Position numbers and translations under genes: made by a program. The notes under the pieces are model-generated. The model had not been told where the DNA came from. It ran no database searches and saw only the letters and a program-made list of their open reading frames with translations. Below are positions 19,087-27,224 of a stretch of DNA of 64,000 nt, one piece after another. Source of the stretch: a virus (taxonomy: Duplodnaviria; Caudoviricetes); IMG/VR virus record IMGVR_UViG_3300001525_000584, positions 128,001 through 192,000 of that record. One strand, 5' to 3'. Each line of letters begins with the position of its first letter. The stretch's first letter is position 1.

Positions 19087-19831
19087 ATGAAGATTTTAAT
19101 TGGAACTAATAAAGCTCTAAAAACTCCTTCAGGCAAGGTATTATCCATGGGGGGGGGGCGGTGAAACACCTCAGGGTTATCAGCTGATCGTAACCGAAGA
19201 ATTTGAGGGTGGAACTTTTTCCATTATCTATGCTGATGGTACTGCGGCTACAGTACCTGCAGGTACTTACCAAAACGTGGTTACCATCACAGATCACACT
19301 CCCAACAACTCTAATGAAAAGTGGAACATTAATGGCAGCATGCCTAAACTGCCTTTTACATTAACTGCTAATAGTACTGCATATATCTATAGTTCTTGTT
19401 TAACTGGAGATATGCTTATAACTCTTGCTGATGGTTCTCAAAAGCGTGTCGATCAACTGGCTTTAACTGATAAAGTTCTTTCTTGGAACCCTGATACGAT
19501 GCAGCTTGAAGCAGATGAGATCACCTATACTGACAGTGCAGAAAACAAAAAGCACACTGAGTATGACGTTTGGACATTTATTGATGGAACTGTTATTAAA
19601 ACGGTACATCGGCACAGACTGTATAATGTAGAACGCCAGGCCATGATCTATATGGATGAGTGGCAAATTGGTGAACATGCCCTTAATATCGATGGTGAAT
19701 ATGTAGAACTAATCACGCATGAAAATATTAAAGAAGTGATACAACACTATACTCTATTCACAGGGAACCAGAATTATTTCGTTAATGGACTGTTATCAGG
19801 AAACAGGTACACAAAGGAGATACACCTATAA
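19087..19831 (+). CDS. Tag cassette gene 1: N-terminal tag, beta domain, Hint domain; out of frame at G10
   Basis: MKILIGTNKALKTPSGKVLSMGGG then stop at 19164; G9 joins it to the open frame GETPQGY...CLTGDMLITLADG...NYFVNGLLSGN. Confidence 0.75.
19149..19158 (+). repeat. Poly-G tract (G10), candidate phase-variation switch
   Basis: atGGGGGGGGGGcgg. Confidence 0.85.
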
Positions 19832-20166
19832 TGGCTTATACATTAACCTTCACGGATGGCTTCGACTGTCGAATTAATGGGACGAGTGTTAGTAGTCCTT
19901 ATACTCTTAAAGATGATGACTATATACGTGTGTATTCTAGTTTTGCTAAGTTTACTGTTAATGGCACTGTGTATAACTACGCCGTTACAAATGAGATCAC
20001 TATTATTAATGAAGATATCATAATAGATAAAAGTGGTTTTGTTCCTTCTACATCAGAGACGGGTATTTATACGCGCATTCGTTTCGGCATTAAAGAAACA
20101 CTAAAGGTTTTATCAACAGGAGAAAAGCCCCTGAAAACGACCTCTGGAAAACTTCTGGTAAATTGA
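19831..20166 (+). CDS. Tag cassette gene 2 (C-terminal tag)
   Basis: Ends LKVLSTGEKPLKTTSGKLLVN; body resembles gene 3. Confidence 0.75.
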   Translation: MAYTLTFTDGFDCRINGTSVSSPYTLKDDDYIRVYSSFAKFTVNGTVYNYAVTNEITIINEDIIIDKSGFVPSTSETGIYTRIRFGIKETLKVLSTGEKPLKTTSGKLLVN

Positions 20167-20186
20167 TTGGAAACTTATTGAAAAGT

Positions 20187-20268
20187 CTCTCCTCCGTATA
20201 TCGGGGGGGGGACATAATTTTAAAAATAAACATTTTTCTCCCGATATTCAAAAATATTAAGAGGAGAG
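20187..20268 (+). promoter_or_regulatory. Intergenic RNA hairpin containing a G9 tract and pairing with GAGGAG
   Basis: ctctcctc pairs with gaggagag; atatcG9a pairs with tttttctcccgatat using five G-U pairs. Confidence 0.55.
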
Positions 20269-20284
20269 TGAAAACCAAATTTTT

Positions 20285-20665
20285 ATGAAACTTTTGGCAA
20301 CAAAGGAAAAAATTTTAAAAACAAATACGGGAAAAATTCTGTATAGAAAAGATTCTTCTAATAAGCAACATACTTTAACTTTTTCAGGAATTGGTACTGT
20401 AACAGTAAATGGAAAAACTGTTACTAGTGGCTATTTACTAGAAGCAGGAGATGTTATAGTTGCAACACCTCTTTTGGCAAGTGGAAAACCTGATAAAATA
20501 GGACCGAATAGTGTTTCAGTTAACGGAACATGGTATGACTGTCCTAATACAGTTTCTGTAAATGCAGGAGATGTAGAATTAATTTTATTAGCCGCTACTG
20601 CAGATCCTAATGATGGCGGCGGAGAATCATTAACAATAAACTATACGGGCTTTATGCCTGGCTAA
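20285..20665 (+). CDS. Tag cassette gene 3 (N-terminal tag)
   Basis: Starts MKLLATKEKILKTNTGKILY. Confidence 0.75.
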   Translation: MKLLATKEKILKTNTGKILYRKDSSNKQHTLTFSGIGTVTVNGKTVTSGYLLEAGDVIVATPLLASGKPDKIGPNSVSVNGTWYDCPNTVSVNAGDVELILLAATADPNDGGGESLTINYTGFMPG

Positions 20666-20679
20666 TGGAGATATTATAA

Positions 20680-21440
20680 ATGCCACCTATAACATCAACC
20701 CTGCGGGGGGGGAGTTTCATTTTTGTGCCCTGAATAATTTTTATAATAGTACATATTATGGGAGCCCCACTGCTGATTCTATAATATATTTATGTGTTTA
20801 TAATAATGAATGGACACAGTCCCTTAATTTCGTAAGCAACGGGGTGCAGTATGATGCTATTCATATTATTGCAAGCACAAGCACCCCTAGCAACCGCAAA
20901 ATGTGGTATGTAGCTAACGGGGTTGAAACTTTAGTGCATCATAACAATTTATGGGCGTTAGAGGCTTATAAAACAATAACTTATGAAACGCAAAATGTAC
21001 GCGAAGGCATAAGCGGCTTGCTGGACGTCACATCAAGTTACTGCAGTGGTGGCTTTCCTGCTCCGGCCGGCACTTATAAAGTTCTCGCACCTTTAGCTTC
21101 TGTAGGAGTTTTACATGCTTTTGTGTTTTCAAATTTCGAAAGTCACGGAGACGTCTTTAATTCTATAGACTGGAGCCTAGGTACAACAGCATCGCCCCAA
21201 GCTACTGTGCGTTACACAGGGCCTTCAGTAAACGATACTTATACTCATGTTACAGTATATGAAGAGGGTTGGCTCGATCCTAGATATCAAATTATAACGA
21301 TACCACAGGGTGTATACATGTCGCCGAACACCGAAGACTTCTTCAGTGAACGACTAATCCCTTTTCAACGTAACTTTATTGCCTTATCTTCGAATAACAA
21401 AATTTTAAAAACAAACTCAGGAAAAATTATAATTAAATGA
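20680..21440 (+). CDS. Tag cassette gene 4 (C-terminal tag); out of frame at G8
   Basis: SD GGAG and ATG 20680, MPPITSTLRGG; G9 joins it to the open frame EFHFCAL...VQYDAI...NKILKTNSGKIIIK. Confidence 0.75.
20705..20712 (+). repeat. Poly-G tract (G8), candidate phase-variation switch
   Basis: ctgcGGGGGGGGagt. Confidence 0.85.
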
Positions 21441-21784
21441 TAAAGTTATCTAAAAATCATTCAGGATTGCAATTCTTTGCGGGCGCTATTGGATACCCTA
21501 TACATATCACGCTTAACGGTGCTGCGGAGTCTTTTTATTGTGTTGCAGCCTCTTGGTTGGATAATTCTAAGGACATATCTCCGGATTATCCACTGCCATA
21601 TACCTGCACCATTAATAAGGTTATATGGTCAGATAATGCTATTCTCGTTTATAATGGTACGGATGTTTTACCCTCAGATAATATTATAGATGATGGTACT
21701 TATACTACACGCGCAGATACAAAAGTATTAAAACAGGGAAACAAGATCCTTCAAAGTAAAATTGGAAAACTTCTTATAAAGTAA
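21437..21784 (+). CDS. Tag cassette gene 5 (LQFFA leader, C-terminal tag)
   Basis: MIKLSKNHSGLQFFA...KVLKQGNKILQSKIGKLLIK. Confidence 0.8.
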   Translation: MIKLSKNHSGLQFFAGAIGYPIHITLNGAAESFYCVAASWLDNSKDISPDYPLPYTCTINKVIWSDNAILVYNGTDVLPSDNIIDDGTYTTRADTKVLKQGNKILQSKIGKLLIK

Positions 21785-21796
21785 AAAGGAGAATAT

Positions 21797-22150
21797 ATGC
21801 CAGAAAATATAATCACACATGCTCCTCCTATAGCTATTACTTTTATAATATATGTAAATGGCTCTAAAGTATCTTTTGGAGCTACAGGTACCTCGAGCGA
21901 TCGGACCTGGCAGACGAACTGGGATTATTTTGGTGACTACTGGGCTCCTTCACAAGTACCTTATACTTTAACCGATACGAATGTTGTCTGGGAAAATAAT
22001 TCTATATTAGTTTATAATGACATAGATGTGTTACCTACTGATTCTATGATTCATGAAGGTAACTATACAACACGGAAAATAGACCAAAAAATATTAACAA
22101 CAAACAACAAAATTCTAAAAGATAAATCAGGAAAAACACTTATTATATAA
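21797..22150 (+). CDS. Tag cassette gene 6 (C-terminal tag)
   Basis: Ends KILTTNNKILKDKSGKTLII. Confidence 0.8.
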   Translation: MPENIITHAPPIAITFIIYVNGSKVSFGATGTSSDRTWQTNWDYFGDYWAPSQVPYTLTDTNVVWENNSILVYNDIDVLPTDSMIHEGNYTTRKIDQKILTTNNKILKDKSGKTLII

Positions 22151-22168
22151 AAAAGAAAAGAGGGATTC

Positions 22169-23137
22169 ATGATAAGATTATCTAAAAAATATAGTGGTTT
22201 ACAGTTCTTTGCTCCTGAAGATCACTATATTAATGTAAATGGCTCTTCAGTGCAAATTTATTTAAGCACCTCTTATAATGCAACGTGGCTAGATAACGCA
22301 AACTATTTAACTAATCCTTCTCTTTATAAAATAGTAGATGATAAAGTCATGTGGTATAATAGTGTTATTCTTCAGTATAAAGGTGTAGACGTTTCTCCAA
22401 CAGATTTTATTCACGACTATGAAGATTATACAACCAGAGCTACTGATGAAACATGGGTTTTGAAGTCAAGTGGCATGACCGCTCCGGATAACGCAATTGA
22501 TACAGCAATAAATTTTAAAAATGCTGCCGGAGATGCTTTTACTCGGATTAATATTTATGCGGAGGGCAAAGGGCTTCATATCTCTTATTATAATGGAACA
22601 GAGGAAACCTTTGCATGCTCGGGAGGAGACGGCGTTACAGGTTCTAATGCAACTATAACATTTTTAACATCCCCTACGGGCGATTTATTAGAGTGGTTGC
22701 AGGCAAATGGAACAAAACAACAGGAAACGTTAACACCAGTGTTGAGTGCAGGAACTTATAAGTGGGCCGACATTTTGGGCAATATGCCTGCTAGTACTGA
22801 TTTTTTTGATATAAAAATTAATTTTACCAGCAATAATAACAACTATAGCGCATTAGGTGTTTACTCTGACGGTATCAAATTGCCTGTGGTTAAGCTTCGC
22901 TATGTCGCATCTGATGATTCTACTACGGCTTATAATGAAGGAGACTGGGTAGTCGATTCTTATCAGACCCTTATCATAGTAGAAGATCAGCAAGTATCAC
23001 AAGCGTTTTACAACTGGGCGATTACGGGTGGAAACTTAGTTAAACAAACAACTTCAAGTGCTCCAAAACTTATGTCTTTTGGTGGAAAATATTTCAAAAC
23101 GAGTTCAGGAAAATATTTAGCACCACCACAGAACTAA
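22169..23137 (+). CDS. Tag cassette gene 7 (LQFFA leader, three domains, C-terminal tag)
   Basis: MIRLSKKYSGLQFFA...KLMSFGGKYFKTSSGKYL. Confidence 0.8.
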   Translation: MIRLSKKYSGLQFFAPEDHYINVNGSSVQIYLSTSYNATWLDNANYLTNPSLYKIVDDKVMWYNSVILQYKGVDVSPTDFIHDYEDYTTRATDETWVLKSSGMTAPDNAIDTAINFKNAAGDAFTRINIYAEGKGLHISYYNGTEETFACSGGDGVTGSNATITFLTSPTGDLLEWLQANGTKQQETLTPVLSAGTYKWADILGNMPASTDFFDIKINFTSNNNNYSALGVYSDGIKLPVVKLRYVASDDSTTAYNEGDWVVDSYQTLIIVEDQQVSQAFYNWAITGGNLVKQTTSSAPKLMSFGGKYFKTSSGKYLAPPQN

Positions 23138-23186
23138 TTTTCATATATAGAAAAAGAACATTAAATTTTTAAAATGGAGGCAAAAA

Positions 23187-23810
23187 GTGGCAGGTTATAA
23201 AACAACTGTTTACTGGGACGAAGGTATTGAAAAAATGTTTTGGCATGATGATAATGAATCCGCCTGGTTGGAGATAGCCCAAAGTGGTACTACAGTTTCT
23301 TATGGTGCAGGATTAGCTCTTAAACCCCAGTTTAAAGATGGTTATGAACTGTCCGAAGTACCCAGTGGTGTTGTTGCTTCTGCAGATGAAGGCATTTATT
23401 ATGCAACAAATTTATCTTCAGTTTCTTTTTCCTCCACATTAATCTCAGTGACTTATACCCTAGCCGCAGGTACATATAAATGGGTAGATAATCCTTATGT
23501 TACTATCGATGCTGATGAAAATATAAGTTTCATCTCTGCTGAACAAACTTTTTCCCGCTTATTGATACGTTCGGGCGCCCGATATAGCATTAAATACGAT
23601 TCAGAAGGGGCTTATCAGGAACCCCTTTCCTCCTGGTTTGATCCCCGATATCAAATTATCACCTTAGAATCTGATCAAACTGTTTCAGAAGAATTTTATA
23701 CCTGGGCCATCACTGGAAAACAACTCATACCTCAAACAACCCAAATAAAGCTTATATCTACAGGCAATAAATATTTTAAAACAAAGTCTGGAAAATATTT
23801 ATCTCTATAA
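23187..23810 (+). CDS. Tag cassette gene 8 (C-terminal tag)
   Basis: GTG after GGAGG; ends KLISTGNKYFKTKSGKYLSL. Confidence 0.8.
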   Translation: MAGYKTTVYWDEGIEKMFWHDDNESAWLEIAQSGTTVSYGAGLALKPQFKDGYELSEVPSGVVASADEGIYYATNLSSVSFSSTLISVTYTLAAGTYKWVDNPYVTIDADENISFISAEQTFSRLLIRSGARYSIKYDSEGAYQEPLSSWFDPRYQIITLESDQTVSEEFYTWAITGKQLIPQTTQIKLISTGNKYFKTKSGKYLSL

Positions 23811-23816
23811 CATAGC

Positions 23817-23906
23817 AAATTTGCTTTATAAACGCTTTTATATATTTACCCTACACAAATATACATATTTATTTTAATCGCGTTATAATGCGTTTTTACA
23901 TGCTTA
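23817..23906. repeat. Dispersed quasi-palindromic intergenic element, copy 1
   Basis: Shares tataacgcgattaaa (inverted), atttgc and catgctta at the same spacing as 63781-63868. Confidence 0.65.
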
Positions 23907-23920
23907 TAAAAACCCTTTTC

Positions 23921-23952
23921 AAAGCCTCTAAAATATAGAGGCTTTTCTTTTT
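23921..23952 (+). terminator. Intrinsic terminator
   Basis: aaagcctcta-aaata-tagaggcttt followed by a T run. Confidence 0.8.
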
Positions 23953-24001
23953 ATAAAAATGTATTTATATAGTAGTAAAAGCATGGAGGAAAAAATATAA
24001 A

Positions 24002-25336
24002 ATGAAAACTCTAATTCACTTTTCAGAATTTATAGATTTATTAGCTCAAAATAATAGTTCTTTATATAAACAGGACATTCTAAAATCTTATAAAGATGAT
24101 GAAGTTGTTAAATATTATTTGAATTATATTTTTAATCCTTACTTAATCACAGGCATAGGTGCAAAGAAACTAAAAAAGGCAACAGATGAATTCTGCGGAC
24201 TCTTCGCTGGTACAGAACAAAACGGTACTGTAAAAGATTTATTAGAGTTTATTTTACAGAATAATACAGGCACAGATAAAGTTTTGCAAGAAGTGGCAGC
24301 TTTTAAAGAAACTTTATATACAAAATACTATGCATACGGGGCAGAATATTTAGGACATTTTTTAACGCTTTTAGACCGTATTATAACTAAAGATGTTAAA
24401 CTCGGAGTAAATGTAAAGACGATAAATAAATGTATGGATAATTTTCTCCCTGAATTTAATGTGCAACTAGCGAATAAATATTTTGACGATCCTTCTCGTA
24501 TAGAAGGAAAAGAATTTGTATTAACAACAAAAATAGATGGCTGTAGGATTATTGCATTAAAAGAAAATGGTAAAGTTTCTTTTTATAGTCGCCAGGGCCA
24601 GGTTTATGAAGGCTTAGTTGATCTTGAAGAAGAGATGCTGGAAAAAATGCCTGATAACATTTGTTTAGATGGAGAATTAACTCTTTTGGATGCTTCAGGC
24701 TTAGACAGTAAAAATCAGTATAAGCAAACCATTAAACTCTGCAGAAAAGATGGAGTGAAACATGGTCTGAGGATGTTGGTTTTTGACTGCATGGCTGTAA
24801 AACAGTTTAGAGATCAGAACTGTGAAACACCTTATACCTCACGCAGAGAAACTTTAGAACAAATTTTTAATTCAGCATTTTTCACTTATTTTAAACTGTT
24901 GCCTATTTTATATAAAGGAACAGATACTTCTTTAATCACATACTGGTTAAATAAAAATGTTTTCGCAGGAGAAGAAGGTGTTATGATTAATGTGTGTGAT
25001 GCACCTTATCATTTTGATCGAAGCTGGGATTTACAAAAAGTAAAGAAAATGAACTCTTATGATTTACAAATTATTGGCTTTGAAGAAGGCACAGGAAAAT
25101 TTGTAAATACTTTAGGTGCTATTCTTTGTAAATATAAAGATGGAAACGTCGTAAAATGTGGTTCTGGTTTTGATATCCCAACCAGAGATTTGATTTGGAA
25201 AAATAAAGAGAACTATATGAATAGAGTCGCAGAGATTCAGTATTTTGAAGAAACGGTAAATCAAAATGGAGGAGCTTCTTTACGTTTTCCTGTTTTCATC
25301 GATATTAGAGATGATAAAAATATTGCAGATTTTTAA
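24002..25336 (+). CDS. lig: ATP-dependent DNA ligase
   Basis: KIDG (motif I), LDGEL, VFD, EGVM, KVK, C-terminal OB fold with SLRFPVF..IR.DK. Confidence 0.95.
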   Translation: MKTLIHFSEFIDLLAQNNSSLYKQDILKSYKDDEVVKYYLNYIFNPYLITGIGAKKLKKATDEFCGLFAGTEQNGTVKDLLEFILQNNTGTDKVLQEVAAFKETLYTKYYAYGAEYLGHFLTLLDRIITKDVKLGVNVKTINKCMDNFLPEFNVQLANKYFDDPSRIEGKEFVLTTKIDGCRIIALKENGKVSFYSRQGQVYEGLVDLEEEMLEKMPDNICLDGELTLLDASGLDSKNQYKQTIKLCRKDGVKHGLRMLVFDCMAVKQFRDQNCETPYTSRRETLEQIFNSAFFTYFKLLPILYKGTDTSLITYWLNKNVFAGEEGVMINVCDAPYHFDRSWDLQKVKKMNSYDLQIIGFEEGTGKFVNTLGAILCKYKDGNVVKCGSGFDIPTRDLIWKNKENYMNRVAEIQYFEETVNQNGGASLRFPVFIDIRDDKNIADF

Positions 25337-25342
25337 TAATTG

Positions 25343-25365
25343 AGGGCCTTTATTTAGGCCCTTTT
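25343..25365 (+). terminator. Intrinsic terminator
   Basis: agggcct-ttattt-aggccct-ttt. Confidence 0.65.
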
Positions 25366-25389
25366 AGTGTATATTAAAATAAAGAGGTG

Positions 25390-25788
25390 ATGAAAATGTC
25401 AAATACGAGCGCAGAATTTTTTTCTGAAAAAGAAGCTAATGAACTTATGGCTTTTTACGCAGGCATGGATTATGCATATGATCAGCTAAGTTCCCTAATC
25501 TCTGATATAGACCCAGAAGTTGAAACGCATGAGATGCAAGTAGTTTCAAATTATCTAGATGCCTGGTGGGCTGAGATGAATTATAAAAGAGAACAGGTGG
25601 GACTATTCTTAGATGATGTAAAAAGAAAAAGAATGTCAAAACTGCTAAAGAATCTAGGAGCCTCTGAAAATATAGAATCCATAGAGTTTGCACCAGAGTT
25701 TATGGATGAGATTAATGAAAAGTGTAAAGTTGCAGTTAATGAAGTTTTTAACAAATATTTAGAAGAGGGTGAAGATGCCGCCTCGTAA
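25390..25788 (+). CDS. Acidic hypothetical protein
   Basis: ORF with GAGGTG SD; exact start uncertain. Confidence 0.65.
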   Translation: MKMSNTSAEFFSEKEANELMAFYAGMDYAYDQLSSLISDIDPEVETHEMQVVSNYLDAWWAEMNYKREQVGLFLDDVKRKRMSKLLKNLGASENIESIEFAPEFMDEINEKCKVAVNEVFNKYLEEGEDAAS

Positions 25789-25795
25789 AATTTTT

Positions 25796-25805
25796 TGCTA
25801 AATTA
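25796..25805 (+). promoter_or_regulatory. GCTAAATT late-promoter-like motif
   Basis: TGCTAAATTA 43 nt before ATG 25839. Confidence 0.7.
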
Positions 25806-25838
25806 TGCAAATTTTATGAGATGAGGATTTTATTGTAT

Positions 25839-26915
25839 ATGATGGATATTTTAGAAGAGATCATTTATTCAGATAAATCAGGCAACTCGTTAACACAGTA
25901 TGCGTTGCCTGGCGGAACTAAATTTTCTTATTCTGTATATGATGCGAATGATAATCTTTTAGGCTCCTGGCTCGGAGATGAAGACTTAGGACTTTTGTCT
26001 CTTAGAGATTTTAAAAATAGCATTTATTTTGATCGTTTTATAGATTTAGTCAGCGGTGATTTTATAGATGTTGAGCCCAGATCAAAAAAGATTACTGCAT
26101 CTACATCAAATGCCCGTAAGCCAAAGATTAATCTTTTTAATTTTAAAGATTATGCAAAGGATTATAAGCCACAGGTAAATCATCTTAATATAGAAGATTA
26201 TACTAGATCAAATACTTTAGTTTTTCATATGACTGATCCTTCTACTGTTATGTTAAAGCAGATTTATGAAGGCAAAGGCTTTGACGTCGTTACTCAGAGC
26301 TCTGTTGCAAAAGAAGATGTTCATAAATTAATGGAGGCTCATGATCGAATTATCTGTTTAGGACATGGAACTTCTTATGGTTTAATAGGTGGGAACATTG
26401 GACCAGAAGAAGGCCCCTATTTTAAGAATAAAAATCTTTTTGTTATTTGGTGTAACGCGGATAGTTACTTTAAGAAAAATTGCCCTGAAGCAAGAGGTAA
26501 ATTCATCACAGGTAACATGCCTTCTGAATCCTGGGAGTGTGCATCCGCAGGTTGCGGACATATCTCTGCAGAATTAATGTTGGAAAATATCACATACTGG
26601 TCTAAACTTTGTGCTGAAGCTTCTGAACAGGCTTTAGCAGGAGATGTAGAAGGCGCTGTAGATTATATTAGAAAAAATTATTTGGAACAGTATGGAAACC
26701 ATCCTGTAACTATTTATAATGCAGAACGCACCTCAGGGCTGGGCATGAATAAACCTTTGCCCGAATATGAATTTAAAGGAAAACCTTTAACGCCAAAAGA
26801 TTTTCCATATCCAGGATTTAATGAAGAAGAATTTTTGAAGAATCCTGTGCCTTATTCAAAGGGCGGTAAAATGAGCTATTATGAAGAGCTTAATAGTTGG
26901 TTGGAAACTTTATGA
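25839..26915 (+). CDS. Putative clan CD (caspase/gingipain-fold) peptidase-domain protein
   Basis: IICLGHG...LFVIWCNA His-Gly/Cys dyad pattern. Confidence 0.45.
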   Translation: MMDILEEIIYSDKSGNSLTQYALPGGTKFSYSVYDANDNLLGSWLGDEDLGLLSLRDFKNSIYFDRFIDLVSGDFIDVEPRSKKITASTSNARKPKINLFNFKDYAKDYKPQVNHLNIEDYTRSNTLVFHMTDPSTVMLKQIYEGKGFDVVTQSSVAKEDVHKLMEAHDRIICLGHGTSYGLIGGNIGPEEGPYFKNKNLFVIWCNADSYFKKNCPEARGKFITGNMPSESWECASAGCGHISAELMLENITYWSKLCAEASEQALAGDVEGAVDYIRKNYLEQYGNHPVTIYNAERTSGLGMNKPLPEYEFKGKPLTPKDFPYPGFNEEEFLKNPVPYSKGGKMSYYEELNSWLETL

Positions 26916-27163
26916 GTAGAAAATTGTATGTTGAGATGTCTGAAGAAGAGTTCTTCGAATACAAACAAAATAATGTACCTTTATTAAAAAGAAGCCCCGA
27001 AGAATTAGCTATAGCTTTATTTGATGTGTTGCGCAACTTAGGAGCTACTGAAACAGCGGGCGTAGAGACTTATTCTGGGCGTGAAGTAACAAAAGCACGT
27101 CTTAGAACAGCCCGAGGATATGATATAGATTTGTCTATTGTAAAACCAACAAAAGAGGCTTAA
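26912..27163 (+). CDS. Hypothetical protein
   Basis: ATGA-coupled ORF. Confidence 0.6.
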   Translation: MSRKLYVEMSEEEFFEYKQNNVPLLKRSPEELAIALFDVLRNLGATETAGVETYSGREVTKARLRTARGYDIDLSIVKPTKEA

Positions 27164-27224
27164 CAGGTACATTATTATTGTATTATATAGATGAAACGTT
27201 AAAACAGGGAGGAGGTGATAAAAA

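Noticed and set aside
19397-19804. Canonical intein
   Set aside because: Arg follows the terminal Asn, the C-terminal remainder is only 8 aa, and no conserved host protein is interrupted
19087-23810. Invertase-driven shufflon
   Set aside because: All genes are on one strand with their own starts; no inverted crossover repeats or recombinase were seen
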